DNA from: the human T2T-CHM13v2.0 reference genome, Homo sapiens
DNA length: 64,000 nt
Strand: one strand, 5' to 3'
Assembly: GCF_009914755.1 (NCBI RefSeq)
Contig: NC_060931.1
The notes under the pieces are model-generated. The model was not told the origin of the DNA. It saw only the letters and a list, made by a program, of their open reading frames with translations, and made no database searches. Below, one piece after another: positions 48,840 to 63,583 of the stretch (the stretch's first letter is position 1; each line of letters opens with the position of its first letter). A program made the position numbers and the translations under genes.

Positions 48840-50690
48840 TTATTTTATTTTCCTTTAGGTTTATTTGGTCTTTTTCTATCTTCTTTTAGCTGAATTAGTT
48901 CTTTTGTATTCAATTTTTTTAATTTTCTAATACATATAGTTAAGATGATAAAATTTTCTCTGAGTACCAATTTGACTGCATTCCATAATGGTTTTCAAAT
49001 AATTTTTTATTTTGAATTTTTGTGGGTACATAGTAGGTGTATGTATTTATGGTATACATGAGATGTTTTGACACAAGCTTGCAAACCTTCCATAACTTTT
49101 GCTATGCTGCATTGAAAGTATTGTGATATTTCAGGTTTGATTTCCTCCTGTGTGCAAGTTATTTAAAAAGAAGTATTAAATACATTCTAAATGAAGGGGA
49201 TTTTTTCCCCTATGTTTTGAATATTACTTTCTAGTTCTATTACATTATGATCAGGAAATGAGCCCTCTGTGATTTTTACTTTCATAATTTATGGAGGTTT
49301 TTTCCTTGAGGACCATTACATCACCATTTTTTGGTAAATATTCTGAAATCTTACATTTGCCCAACCTGATCTGTTGATTTGTGAGAGATTAGGTCAAAGT
49401 TTTCCACAATGACATTGGATTTGTTAATATCTCCTTATCCTTCCAAAATTTTTACTTTATATGCTACTATTTAGGTGAATAAAGATTCACAAAAATGTTT
49501 CCACCTTCTATCAATGTAATCTCCCTTTGTCATGTTTAATATTTTCATTTTGAGTTATATTTTGGTGATACTAATATATTAAATCTAGTTCTTTTTTTGA
49601 AAACATTCATCTGGTATATTATTCCTCATCTCTTCATTTTTAATCATTCTTAATAATTTTGTCGTAACGATATTTTTTTCTTTTTTAAGACAGGGTCTCC
49701 CTCTGTTGCCCGGGCTGGAGTGCAGTGGTGTGATATTGACTCACTGCAATCTCGACCTCCTGGGTTCAAGTGATCCTCCTGCTTCAGCCCCCCAAGTAGC
49801 TGAGACTACAGGTGTGTGCCACCATGCCGAGCTAATTTTTATATATTTAGTTAATGGGTTTGTATTTTTAGTTCATGCATTTCGTCATGTTACCCAGGCT
49901 GGTCTTGAACTCCTGTGCTCAAGCGATCCGCCCGCCTCAGGCTCCCAAAGTGCTAAGATTACAGACCTGAACCACCGCGCTCAGCTTAAATGTATCTCTT
50001 TGAAATATCAACATAGATTCTCTTCCGTTCCCTCAGTCTGTATCTCTTTCAACAGGAGAAAATTTGTAATTTTTTTTACTGTGGAAAATTTCAAACATAC
50101 ACTAAAGAAGAGAACTGTGAATGTGTCACTCTGCTTCAAAAACAATCAATTCTCACCAATTTGGATTATTTTGCAGCAAGATTTTTAAAAAAGTTTAGGA
50201 AAATTAACGGCAGAGCTTTTCGTTTATTTGGCAGATGGGAATGATTTAGCTGAAAGAAAAACTGATGATAATACTAAAAGTATTTTTTATATTATGCTTC
50301 TACTTAGGCATAATTTCGTGACAAATGTTTGAAGTGCTGGTCATGTTACCAATACATTTTTAGGTTTACATTTGAATTTTTCTAATTTCTTTATTTATTC
50401 CTTTTTCTTGGATCCCATGCATTCCTCTTTTGGATCTCTGTTTTGGATTTTTTTTCCTAGAAGATATCTTCTAATAATTCTTAGAAGCAAGAACAGAAAA
50501 GTTCTTGTTTGATAAACTTTCAGTGAATAATATTTTCCCTATTAGTAGAATTTTAGTTTAAAATAATTGTTTTTTCCTGGTAAAAATGCTAATTAGAACA
50601 ACATCATTTTCTCTCTTAACTTCGAAGTCATTACTTTTTGTCTTCTTGCATCTGGGATTACTTCTTCCATTGTAGGTAAACTGTTTTTCT
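48840..50690 (-). mobile_element. Patchwork of old L1M fragments
   Basis: T-rich reverse L1 motifs (tttctctgagtacc; attatgatcaggaaatg; tggatttgttaatatctcctt); boundaries approximate. Confidence 0.55.
49673..49986 (-). mobile_element. AluJb-like
   Basis: Poly(T), agacagggtctc...ctcaagcgatccgcccgcctc...cccaaagtgct. Confidence 0.93.
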
Positions 50691-51879
50691 TATTAGTTTT
50701 GGGGTGCCCAGTAATTAATTTATAAGCAAAGTTGTTTGTAATGTATTAAACCAACAGAGAGAAATTCATAGTGCTGATGTGCCTGATTTTAAATATTTAC
50801 TTGAAGACATGCAAGCATGAATTAAGCAATAATTCAGAACTAAGGGATTCATGATCTACAGATTTCTCCCCTCACTCAGTTCTGAGCCCCCTAAATGAGG
50901 CCTCCACATGGGTTATTTGTTGTCTGAGGGATTCTACTCCTGTGGGAAGAGCTTTGGTCCCATGGGGTCTCAAGCGAACATTTTTCTTCTATCTTTATTC
51001 CTTTTCCACTTGTGAGGAATGTATGTTTCAAGCTCTGTCCTTCGCTCCCAAAATTCAGAAGTGTCTTTTCTTGTTTAATAATTGCTTAAAGCAATAATTG
51101 TGCCATTCTGTTCTAATGCTTCTAACATTGGCTAAATATTTTGCAAAGGGAGCAAGGGGGTATGGCTGGGGAGAGGGAGGAGGGGGAAAGAGAGAGAGAG
51201 AGAAAATCCCATGCCATTAGCTCCTTCCACTAGGGTTTCCCTCTTTCCATTTATTGCTTCAGAAGCGCTTCATTATTTTCCTTCTGTTCCCTTCTGTTTT
51301 GAAATAATGCCCCTTCTGTGTCACTTTTCTTGAAGAATTTGTCCTCTTTCCAATTGGCTGAAGCTAAAAACTGAAAATAATGGAAGGGCTAAAGTTATAT
51401 TTTCAGTTTCTGGTATTAAGGGTGTGAATAAGTAAGAAAGAAAATACAATCTAGATTTGTTTTTAATGAGATGGGTGCAGTTTTTACTTCTTCCCTAGTA
51501 GAATATCAGAGGGAGACAGAACTGAGAGCCACGAAATGAGGCCTCAAGCCCGGAATAACAATAATTGTGTTATGTTGTCTACTCCGGACTCACTGCCTCC
51601 CATTCCAGGATCCATACTGCTATTTTCATAACACTCTAAATGATTTCACATCTGTAAGTAATTAGTTGCAAAATAATCTGTCTTGGGACTGTGGGTGAGA
51701 GAAGGGTTGGGCAATAGAAGTTCCAACTGTGGTCTAACAATGTGTAAATCATGTATTCCTTCATTCTGCTTTGTCTGCTTATCAACTGTAAATACATTAC
51801 ACTGGTAAAGGCTAGTCCTGCAAAACATAGCCCTTTGAGAAGCTCAGTATTGATGTGATCCGCCATAATGGCACCACCA

Positions 51880-52232
51880 GCTTCACAGTTTACAAAGCCC
51901 CGCCCCTGATATTATCAGAATTCTTTTTCACAGCAACCCTGAGAGATAGGCGAGGGTAAGGTTTCCATCTAATGTGTGAGGAACCTGTGGCGAAGTCAGT
52001 AGATGACATGATATGTTTTGTTGTTTTCTTGCAAACATTTTAACAGTTCATTAACTATAGTAATGCGCATACGGAGGAGTGCAGGAAATTATAACGACAG
52101 AGATTGATGAATTGTCACAAAGAGAACACTCTCATGGAATCAGTACCCAGGTCAAGAAACAGAACAATGTAACACTTTCGTGCCCCCTTCCAGTCACCAC
52201 CCCCAGGGGTGACCACCATGCTGACTTCTAAA
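51880..52232 (-). mobile_element. MIR fragment followed by an L1ME 3' fragment
   Basis: tcacagcaaccctgagagatagg...gaggaac; then acccaggtcaagaaacagaaca...accaccatgctgacttctaa. Confidence 0.65.
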
Positions 52233-53162
52233 TAGGTGACAGGATTATTCAAGTTAATTTTGTATGGCATGTGGACCAGGACCTTGCAACACATGGATGT
52301 GTTATAGAGGGTCTGCTTGATGCATTTAGGAATACATCTTTACATGAAAAGCAAGGCACATGAGGAATCAATAAGGGATGAAAATTGCCCAACGTGAAGA
52401 AAGCTCATCTGAGGAGACTAAATAACAGGCTCCAGTGGATGAAGGCTGAATGTGTGTGTGGAATATTATAGGAAATGTTATCTATTGCTATCAAGAACTG
52501 ATGAAAAGTTTACATAGAAAAAGGAAAATATGTTTCTTTCATGTTTAGAAATTTGTGGACGAGGAGAAATCCATTTCTTTCTGTGGACATTTTAAAATTT
52601 AGGCTGTAAGTGCTCATTGAAAGATAACTTTGGTTTAATCTTAACCAGAGGCAAGGATTTGTGATTTTTCAAGAGTGTTTCCTTTCCCACCCTGTGCCTG
52701 GCTGAGCATTTCTGTCCATTTCCATGGGAAGACTGCATTGTGTTCCTTTAAGGGAAATGATGTTTCGCTGGAAAAGGGAGGCTGTGTCTATTTTACTTCT
52801 TTCCCTAGGAGATGAGTGAGTCGCCAGACATGAAGGCTTTGCCTGTGAATGTGCTGCCTCTCTCTGGGATAGGCAGAGCTGAAGACCAACAGTAATTGCT
52901 CCAGCTGGTATCTGCATCTGGTGGATTTTGGAAGCTTACTCTCCCATGTCCTCAGCACTATTCTGCTGTAAGTTTTCTCCACTGTCTGGAGAATTAGAAA
53001 TCTACAGGCAACCAGCGACTTGTTTGAAATGGCTGGGGCTCCAGCACATGGAGGAGTAGACTAAGACTCTGCGACAGTCAGTGCTGCCTTTGAATGGAAC
53101 CCTTCTAGACTTTGGTGAACAAGGTCTGTGTGGATGTGGCCTCCAGTAGAAAACACTTTCTT

Positions 53163-53592
<430 letters not shown>

Positions 53593-54699
53593 TTAATCAT
53601 TTTTTGTTTCATTCCTCAAATAATTACAAAGCTTTTAATTCAGTGAAGCTTTGAAAAATAGGTAAGCTTATAATTTTACAAAACATGTGGTCAGAGAAGT
53701 AAGAAGAACACCCAGGAAACTTTCTAGAGGATATTGAGAATGACCTAGTGAAGCCTCATTCATCTCTCATTTCTGCACTACAAGGACGCTGCCCAGCTTT
53801 TGCTCTTTAATCTGTTTTAGAAGTGCTTGGACTATCTTTTTTTCTCTTATCAAAAAGTTTAAGTTAGAGTGTGGGTTAGAATCTTTTTTAAAAAGCTGAC
53901 ATTTCTTCCCTTAGAAAACTGCCATTCTTCTTTACACAGATGTACCTGCTTACAGAGATATACTATTTTTATTCACTTTTTCATCTTTACCCTGCAGATA
54001 CATAAAATGTAGATAACCAATAAAATCTGCAGGGTAATGTTATGAAGTCAGTTCTAAAATGAGTGAACAGAAGGAGAAGGACATGTTTATTACTCGGATT
54101 TTATTATACTATGTATTGCAAATAGCTTTGCCCAAGTTGGGAAGGGAACACGGCAGGTCTTGATGCTGCTGCTAACCTAGTTGTTACTTTGTCTCTAGAT
54201 TCCTGGGTATGGCATCTCCATACCAATCTGAAAACATAAGAGAGCTCGAAGAAAAGCATAGACTCAGATGCAATAATCACTTGGGGTAAATATTCTAAAC
54301 ATTTTTTTTGAACCAGCCATTGTTTAATCACCATGAAATATGGTCACTTATCTCCAAAGGGAAATATTTAGAATACAAACCTCTCTTGCTGTCACCTGGC
54401 ATACAAGGAAATACAGTGATGTTTCCATTCAAGAAGTGCCTAGATCAAGCCTTTCCTGAACAACAGGAAATGGAATCTTGACACCCTGTTACACCTTAGA
54501 CCATCACACTCTCTTGCAACTCTGAAGAGGAAAAGGAAGATTTAAACTTTAAGACATTTATTTATAGCATTTGAATTATAAATGTGAGTTATTTAAAAAG
54601 ACATTTTTAAAAATGTACAGAAAAGAAAAGTAACTAAGTAAAATAACAAAATCTCCTTAACCTCATGACTCTTGCCTTAAACAAACAATAAATACAGTT

Positions 54700-55480
54700 T
54701 TAATGGAAGCCTGGCTCAATTGAATTGTATGTTTACAGTTCTCTGAGTGAACAGCCTTGGGTAGCCACCATCCAGAGCAGTGGAGACATCACCAGTCCCA
54801 GAAGTCCCTGATGTCCCTTCCAGTCACGACTCTGTCCCCTCGCCTAGGTAATCAATCACTAGCCTGCCTCCTCTTCTAACATCTTTAAATACTTTTGACT
54901 TTTTTTTTCAATTTTTTTTTAATTTTGAAAATTTCAAATTAGGTTAACTGAAATAACAGTACAATGAACACTCATATTTTCCTTACCCAGATTCACTGAT
55001 TGCTAACATTTTGCCGTATTTTCTTATTTCTCTGAACCATTCTAAAGTTGTAAACATCATGTTTTCCCCCAAATGCTTTATCAGTTATCACCTTAAAACA
55101 AAGACGTTCTCCTGTATAACCCCCAATACCATTATCACCCTCATAAAATTAATCATTGATGAAGCAATGCAGTTATAATAATGGTCAGATTTCCCCAATC
55201 ATTTCAAAAATTGTATAGTTTTTTAAAAACTACATATGATATAATGAGTCATCTCCTATAATTTAATTGCTTGACTTCATTTAGTCTCCTTTAATCTGGA
55301 ATAGTCTTTCTGCTCTCTCTTTGTTTTTTAATAATGGCATTTTTCATGTCCAGGCTGTTTGTGTAAAATAGCCTTCAATTTGAATTTGTCTGGCTGTTTC
55401 TGAATGACTCAATTCAGATTAAATATTTTGGCCAAAATACCCCTAGTGATGCCATGGGTTACATTTCCTGAGGCAGGGTG
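54700..55480 (-). mobile_element. L1ME and L1MC4/5-type 3' UTR fragments
   Basis: cagtacaatgaacactcata...ttgctaacattttgcc; tttagtctcctttaatctggaatag. Confidence 0.7.
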
Positions 55481-57829
55481 TTTTTTTTCTCCCATACCTC
55501 CAAGTTTACTTGTTATTTAATTAAGACTGGGGTGTTCACATTTTCTCATGCTTCATTATTGTTTGGGGAGGAAGAATATTCATCAGCTAAAAGGTTTTTT
55601 ATGATCTGCTTTCATCTTCTAGTCACTTTGTATGGATATGTTGCTATTTACCCTTCATTTTGAGATGTTTTCTTTCCTGGAGCGGCCAGCAATGACTGTC
55701 ACATGTAGACAGAGGTGAGGAGGTGAGGACCGGGTGATACATGAGGTTTCTGAATTCAAGAGATTCTTCTGTTTGTTTGTGAAGTGCAATTTCCTTAAAA
55801 ATTGCCCTCCTTTTGGGGAGTGGCAGTTTGCCTTCTGGTTTTGTAATTCTCTTGTTTTTCCAGTACTTTCATTTCCAGTTCTTTCTTGTTTTTCTTCAAC
55901 ATCAAATCTCTGAAGGCCGCCCTTTCCAGTTAATCCTTTTCCTACGGAACCCCTGGCTTCCCAAGATACCTACCTCTGTTCCTGCAGACTTTCAATCTCC
56001 TTCCTTGTGATTCTCAGTAGCCAGTGCCCTAATCCGCCACGTCTCACAACTGTGTTCAATGTTTTCCCATTTGGGATGAGACATTGTTTCCCTGGGGGGT
56101 GTTTTCCATACCTACTCCTCTGCTTTCCTTTCTTCTTTTCTGCACTTTTTCTTCTGAATTTGGTCATTTATTTACCTGTTTGGGCATAATTTGAAGTTTG
56201 GAGTATTCTCTGTTCCGTAGTTATGCTACAGGCATGGGTTCTTGGTGGTTTTACTTGTTCATTTTGTTGATCTATGTGGTTTTCGGGAATATTTATGAAG
56301 AGATTCAGAATATAGACTATTTGTTTCCTTTTGAGTTTTATTTCCTTTCCACCTTTTTTTCTGTTATAATTTTACATAATTGTCATCATGTGTCTATTCA
56401 ATTTCTTTCTTTTTAACTTAATATCATTTTAATTTTCCCAATTTCCTGTAGATGCTATCATTATTTGTCAATGGGCCCATAATCTTTTTCCAAGTGGAGA
56501 TACCATGCTATATTTTATTACTTTTCTATTGTTGGATATTTACATTGCAAAAGGATGATTACAAGTGTGTTTGGCATGAAGAGATTTAGCTCAGGCCATT
56601 TTGAGGGATGAGCACTTGGCCCAGGATAAGCATATAATAAATCTTTGTGGAATCAATGATTCAAAAGAAAAATAAAACTGAATAACATTGCCCAAATGTG
56701 AAGAAAACTGAAGCATCTTTTAAAATGTCCAGTTAAAACATATAAATCCCATATCCTAAAGGAATTTCATTAACTGTTTAGGACTTCACTTGGGGCCCAC
56801 CAGAAATAAATGCTCTGGGATTGTCAGATTGAATAAAGTTGATAACTAAGGTGTTTGCTGGAGTCAGAATGCAACAACTGTGTCTTAGAGTGAAGGTCAT
56901 GAAAAAGAACTTCAATCTGAGGGTAACTTTTATTCAGGGTGACTCTTGGGGATAAGTAACCGCGTGACCTTGTCAGTTTGTTCTCCGTCCATCGCATGGG
57001 TGGTGATGATTGAACCAGAGAAATGAATGGGGCTTGTAGCGCTGGATGTATATGGTCAGTCTCCATAAATCATTTCTTCCATTGTCTGAATACATCTGGG
57101 CATCCACAGTAGTTTATTTCCAAAGTATATAAAGAAGCAGAGGCCAAGGGTGTAATCTTGGAGCTATTTAAATAGAGTGGTTCCAGTCAAGACATGCAGC
57201 TGTTCCCAATTATTAGTCCATATATTCTAGGTGCCAGGGAAAACCCACAAGTGTGTCACTCAATTGAATTTTAAAGTGACCTCCTGTTCAGATGAAAATC
57301 TCCTAGCTGTGTTTTTTTCCCTAAAGACTGGTCTCCTATTGAACGAGTTAGCAACACTCTTGTTGTGAATGAATCATTGCTACTGCCTATAGAGGAAATC
57401 TGGATTGTTCCATAGGGTTTTCAAGGAATGTGAACTTACCTTCCAGGGAACCCTTTGTAAATGCTGCTAGCCAAAATCCTGAACACAAGGACAAGTTGGA
57501 AATCTTCAAAAGGGCAAACTCTGATGAGGGGGCGTGGTTTTAATATTTTAAAGGCATGTGAGTTGTGTCAAAACATGATTCCAAGGAGTGCCCTGATTCC
57601 TGGCACACTGTTTGAGAGTCCCTGTAGGCACACAGGACTTGTGGCTCATTCTACTTAGGGAAGCAGATATTTCTCTCTCTGAAGCTTATCACAGATGACA
57701 AGAGTAGCGTGCTGCCAGAGCAGTCCCTGAAAAGTAAGATCCCTCGGAGACGCAAAGGCCGTCTTCTAACACAAAACCTTACCATGGGACGCCCAAGTGT
57801 CCCTTCCACCTGATTTCATCAACTGCCCA

Positions 57830-58040
57830 GCCAAAGAGCAAAAGCTCTGCAGTCACATTGTCTGGGATTACACCTTGGCTTTATCACTTATGTAGTGTGA
57901 CCCTCAGGCAAGCTAGTTAGACTTTTTTTTTTTTAAATCCCCATTGTTCTATCTGTAAAATGGAGATAATAAACTACTAACTTAATAGGGTTGTTGTGAA
58001 AATTTAATGAGGTTATCCATTTAAAGGGCTTATCAAATGT
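57830..58040 (+). mobile_element. MIR
   Basis: atctgtaaaatggagataataaac...atagggttgttgtgaaaatttaatgagg. Confidence 0.85.
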
Positions 58041-59802
58041 TCACGGCCAGTTTCCTCCTCCTTCTCCTTTCCATCATCACTGACCATTGTCATCCCTCAC
58101 AAGGGAAATATGCATGAAATTAAAACCCTGCTTTTCTTTATCTGATTCCCTTTATTGAAGTTAATCCATTTGCTGAACAGGGACTATTTAAATTATTCAA
58201 GGCAAACTGTTTTCCTTTTTCTCCTTCCACATGTGTAGAGATTACAGGGAGATGCCTGGGCCACTGTTTCACAATCCACAAAGCTAAGGGTATCGTTTTT
58301 TAGGCCAATGGAAACATCTCCTGGGGTCACTGGCCAAGCCAGAATGTCACCCGCACAGTTTTCGAAACTGACTTTAGGTCAGTGAAAAATTCCTCATTGT
58401 ATGTACTTTCCTTAGGCAATTTCAAGAATTAAAGCTTGAGAAAAACACATTTGGTGAATATCAATGTAAAACATGAAAGTGATGTATATAATTCTACATG
58501 CCTCAGAGAGATATAGCAATAGAATATTTATTTCACAAATATGAACAAGGCCCATTTAATTAGTTGTCAGAGCTAGTGAGTTTATGTCTTAAAGCACATA
58601 TGAAAGCTCTTTGAACAGCAGCACAGAGAGTTTATTTAGTTGTTCTGTTTTACTGCGGTGAGGTGCCAAGCTGACTCCAGAGAAATCTTGCCATGTGGTG
58701 CCTAGGAGTCTAAGTCCTAAATTGAATGCCTCGGCTGCTCTCCGTCCTTCCCCTGTCAAGAGTAAGAAAGCAACCTCAAGAGAAGTGAGCCTTTTATTTC
58801 ACACAAGTGAATTTCTGATAGTTGATGTTTATGATTGTTTTTACATTACAGTTTTTATGACTTATTTTACTTATTTTCTGTAAGTTTCCTCGATTATATG
58901 TCCCTGAGTTCAGTTTTCCCCCTTTATTCCCTCAGAGCTAACTGCATTTGATATGCTATCTTTTATTATGCAGAAGCCCTTTGATCTCTACAGAGGAAAG
59001 GCGCCATATAAATGCAGAAATCCATTATAATCATACAGAAGAGTGGCTTTATGGGTGAAGTCCAGCTTAGCAAAGCTGTTGGATGGAAGAGTGTACTAGA
59101 CTGTGGAATGCTAATGCCAAAGTGTCTACTCAGATGGTGGCTGGTTTCAGGAGTTTATTTTTCAAGTATGCTTTCTTATTGAAGTAAACATACATACAAA
59201 AAAGTGCACACATCGTAAGTATTCAGCCTGATGAATTTCAGCATACTGAATACACCCGTGTAACCAGCACCCACAGCCAGAAAAAGAACATTGCAGTATC
59301 CCTCATGCCCCTTCTCATTCCCTACACCCCGTAAGGTCACCACTGTTCTGACTTCTATCACCATAGATTATTTTCACTTGATTTTGAACTTCATAAAGCT
59401 CAAATCACACAGAATATACTCTTTAGGACCTGGCTTTTTGTTCTCAGCACAGTGTGAGTGATGTTCATCTGTGCCGCAATTCTTCAGGTCTTTTTGTTAT
59501 GTGAGATTTTATTGTACAAGTATACTATTTAACCATTCTCCTACTGAAAGATATTTTAGTTGTTTCCAATTTTTGGCTTACATATAGTGCCACTATTAAT
59601 GACATTTTTGTATATGTCTTTTGATGAACATATGTATGTATTTATTTTGGATAGGTACATACGAGTGGAATTCCTGGGCCACCAAGTGCATATGCACATG
59701 CTTGACGTTGGGAGATATTGCCAAACACTTTTCAGAAATTGTTGTACCAATTTTTGCTCCCATCAGTGGTGTGTGAGTGCTCTGATTGCTCCATAACCTT
59801 AC

Positions 59803-60360
59803 TGAGGGGCACCAGATTATCCGCCTGCCCCCATTTGCCTCTTTGGCATAGAGATTATTTTGAGCTAAAGGCCATTAAGAACCAGCAGATGCCGGAAAAG
59901 CTCTTAAAACAGGGCACGAGTTTTTCTGTTGTAAAGCAAATTTACATTTATAAAGAAAATTCCATTTGTAGAATGTCTTCCTCTCCCATACCGGGAAGAG
60001 GAGGATTCTTAACAACTCTTATCAATGGAGAAGGAGCCAACTTAAATCCACTTAACATACTTTATTGAACAACCCTTGTTTACCATACTTTTCCCAGTCA
60101 TCTTCCTGTAACTTGTCTCCCCTACCAAGAAGCCCCAAGCCTCTTTTCCTTTGTTTTGGCCTAAGATGGTGTGTAAACCCAAGTTCTAACCACCCTTGGG
60201 ACTCATCACTGGGTACTCCCATGTGTAAACCCCATGCACATGCGAATAAACCTCTGTTTTTCTGTTGTTCATCTGACTTTAGCCAGTCTAATTTACAGTA
60301 CCCCACTGGAGAACCTGAGATGGTTAGAGGAAGAGATTTTGTTTTGCTTTGTTTTCTACA
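59803..60360 (+). mobile_element. ERV1 solo LTR, MER34 family
   Basis: TG...CA ends; gcctctttggcatagagattattttgagctaaagg; AATAAA near 60245; 4-bp TSD-like ttac / ctac. Confidence 0.8.
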
Positions 60361-60412
60361 CTACTCACATTGGCATTGCCAGTCTTCTAAGTTTTAGCCA
60401 TTCTGTTGGATG

Positions 60413-60873
60413 TGTAGGGGAGAAGCAGTAATATCTTTTCCTCACCTATTGCAAGGTTCATGGCTGAGACCTCTGTAATAGAAACAGATTAACATGAGAA
60501 AAGCATAACAAGTTTATTTAAGTTTTACATAACACTGAAGCATCCAGAAATGAAGCCCTGAAGAAGTAAAGAAAGCTGTGTATTTTTATGGACAGTCATG
60601 CAGAAGTATGATTGGAGAAAAAAGGGTATGATCTACTGGCAACAAACGGGGGAACATAGGCCTGTTTGTTCAGATTCTTCTCTGTGTCTTCATTTCTTAT
60701 AAGGAGGACTGATGGAATGAGGCTCTTGTAACTTACTTTAGAGGAAGGTTGAATGATTCTTTTATGGCCTCCTTTAGGGGAGAATGGCTGGAGAAGGTCA
60801 GAGAGAACTTCCCGCTTCTGCTGATTTCTCAAATGCCAACATGCCATAATTTGGGGATAGCATGACCTGATCC
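60413..60873 (-). mobile_element. ERV1 LTR, MER39/MER34 family
   Basis: The reverse strand reads catgctatccccaaattatggc...gagaaatcagcagaagcgggaagttctctctgacctt and ends cccctaca. Confidence 0.75.
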
Positions 60874-61507
60874 ATCTCATTGTGGTTTTAATTTTCACTT
60901 TTTTGATAACTAATGATGCTGGTCACCTTTACCTATGTTTATTGGCGATTCGTATATTTCCTTTTGTGAAGTGCCCATTCACGTCTGTTATCTATTTTAC
61001 TGTAAAGTTGCCTTTTCCTTATTGGTTTATGAGAGTTTTTAAATTTATTCTTGTGGGAAGTCCTTTGTCGGGTTTGCTATCTGTATCATAGATAACTCTT
61101 ATCCTTCCTGTGGCTTGGATTTTACTTTCTTAATAGTGTCTTTTGATAACAAAATTCTTAATTTTAATATATTCCAATTTATATATATTTTTCCTGAAGG
61201 AAAAATTATTTAATGCTTTTGTGATCTATTAAGAAATTTTATCCTACTCCAAGTTGTGGAGCTATTCTTCTGTGTTTTCTTCCATAAGAGCTATTGTTTT
61301 GTGTCTTATATTTAGATCTACAAACCCTTTGGAAATGAATTTATGTACATGGTTTGGGATGGGGGTCAATATTCGCCTTTATTTCTACATAGATTTGCAA
61401 TTGCTCCAGCATCTTTTATTGAAATTACCGCACTTTCTCCATTGAAATTTACTTTTGAAGCAAGTTCAAGGTCAAAATCTTTAGTAGGGAGATGACTCTC
61501 TTATGCA

Positions 61508-61650
61508 TAGGTTTTCAGATTGTTATGCATAGGCATCACCATGGAATGTGTTTAAAATATAGATACCTAGGCCACCCCCAGGGATGCTGATTCACTGCTG
61601 ATGATTCTCATGCCTTGAGGCCTGGCCCGTACTCCGAGGATTGGTGCTTC
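61508..61650. mobile_element. MER5-type fragment
   Basis: tttaaaatatagatacctaggccacccccagggatgctgattc. Confidence 0.55.
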
Positions 61651-62017
61651 ACTCAGGACCACCCTCAGTCAAGCAGACTCTGCATCTCTCTGCCTCATTC
61701 ATCTATGTACAGACACTGTGTCTCCTGTAGATTATTGTGGCAGCTACAATCAGTTAACAAGTTAATTTTGGGGAACTCTATTTATCCTACCAACTCAAAT
61801 ATTTTGCTCAATTAATATTCTCTCATTCCATTAGTCATTCATCAGTACCTATCAGTTAGTCATTGACTTGAATTTCATGTGGGCATTCCACCACTTCACT
61901 TGCCACCCCATTCTGTTACTTAACAAAGTCTACTGCAAAGCACATCCATTGAGACAGCTTGATTGTCTCCTTGTATAGCTTGCCCCATTGTCATTTTGTC
62001 CTTCTCTTAGTATCTGC

Positions 62018-62375
62018 GACATTCAATTAGCCTTTATTGAACACCTACTCTTTGCCAAGCATATAATCAACTTTTTATCCTCAAGGCTATTAGAGTCCCT
62101 TGTAGAAGTGTGGGCACTGACCAACTTCCTGACACATGAGTACAGTGAACCGTGATGTATGCCATAAATGGGAGGGGTGTGTGCTTGCTCAGAGGAGGAA
62201 GCAATTACCCCTCCTTGTAGAAGGTCAGAGAAGCCTAAGCAGTGGCGGTTGAGCTGGGTCTTAAAGAGTGTATAGGAGTTCAGTGAAGGATAAGTGGATG
62301 AGGATGAGGGTATTTCAGGTAGAGGAAAAAGACATAAAACAGCTCAGCATGGTCGAGGAACTGCAGGTGATTCTG
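62018..62375 (-). mobile_element. L2 3' fragment
   Basis: cattcaattagcctttattgaacacctactctttgccaagca...ttgagctgggtcttaaagagtgtataggagtt. Confidence 0.78.
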
Positions 62376-63583
62376 CATGTGTGCATCCCCTCAGTAACTC
62401 AACAGCCCATGTAAATTGGGAGGCAGGAGCACTGTCCCACTGAGTTTCAAACAAAAGCCATTCCAAACTGCCAGATAAAATTCCAGTTTAAATTAGTGAA
62501 ATTTGTGGTGAGACAGCCTGTGCACTGCAGATGCCTGTGGTCCTAGAAGATAAAGTCTATTTCCTTTTGAAGGACATACATGTAGATCAACATGGAAGGA
62601 GTAGCCCTTGACCATCAGTGTATGACTCCATTGCATAGTGCTTGCTGCAGAATTGCCTTGCCTGTCAGATGACACAGCCAGTGCTGAGGTGAGCTGGTAT
62701 CTACCCCGACCCTCCTTTGCCAGAAGTAAAGATGATGAGGGGGAGCCCCCTTACTGACCCTTGCTGGGGATGGATGGATGGGTGAAGGCTTCTGACAACA
62801 GCCACCTTTCCCAATGAGGTCATGAGGACCTCAGTGCTGTATGATGGGGAAGGATATGGCTATTTTTGTACCATGGATAATAAAAGGGGAAAACCCTGCT
62901 AATTTGACGTAAAAAAGATTCAAAGTCATAAATATCCCAAACTGAAAGCAAACCCCAGAAAGGCTAGTTTTGAAATTGGAGGTAATTAATTCCTCATGCG
63001 ATGTGCTGAAATTCAACCCAGACATCCCTTTTTTTTTTAAATTTCTTTCAGATAGTTTACAGTCCAGTGGAAAGTAAAACCATGCAATCCCTTGGTGTGG
63101 TACAGTTTTACTATGTGTCTCTTTTTATTATTTTGCTCATTTTGATCACTTTTTACGTGAACATGCATATAATGAATTCAGCTCCTCTTGTACATGAGAT
63201 TTATTTTACCCCAAGGATCTCTCCTCTCTCCATCGGTAGTCAAATTGTTAGTGCATTTCTCCATAAAAGAAAAGATCTGCAGACTAGAGCATCGAAGGTG
63301 AATGACGACATTAATTTGAAATTTGGATTTATTTTTAACTCAGAAAAAATGCTGCTGTTTTGCAAATGAAACTGGAGTTTAAAGTCAAATAATAAGGTTT
63401 AAACTCCATATTGAGGGAATCATAAACCTCCATATTGCCCTGACCTTTGAGGGTCTTGTTCTTAAACTCTCTTCTATAGTGAAGTCGAAAATCTTATTAA
63501 TTCCCAAATGTGGTGCTCATATTCTCAACTCCATACCTTTGCTTTATTCATCCTCCAAGGCTGGCATATCCTTACAGCCATTC

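Larger units (their letters stand above)
59170..61445 (-). mobile_element. L1ME (ME1/2-like) 3' region, interrupted by two LTRs
   Basis: ttattgaagtaaacatacatacaaaaaagtgcacac...; resumes at 60370-60412 and from 60874 (atctcattgtggttttaattt). Confidence 0.85.
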
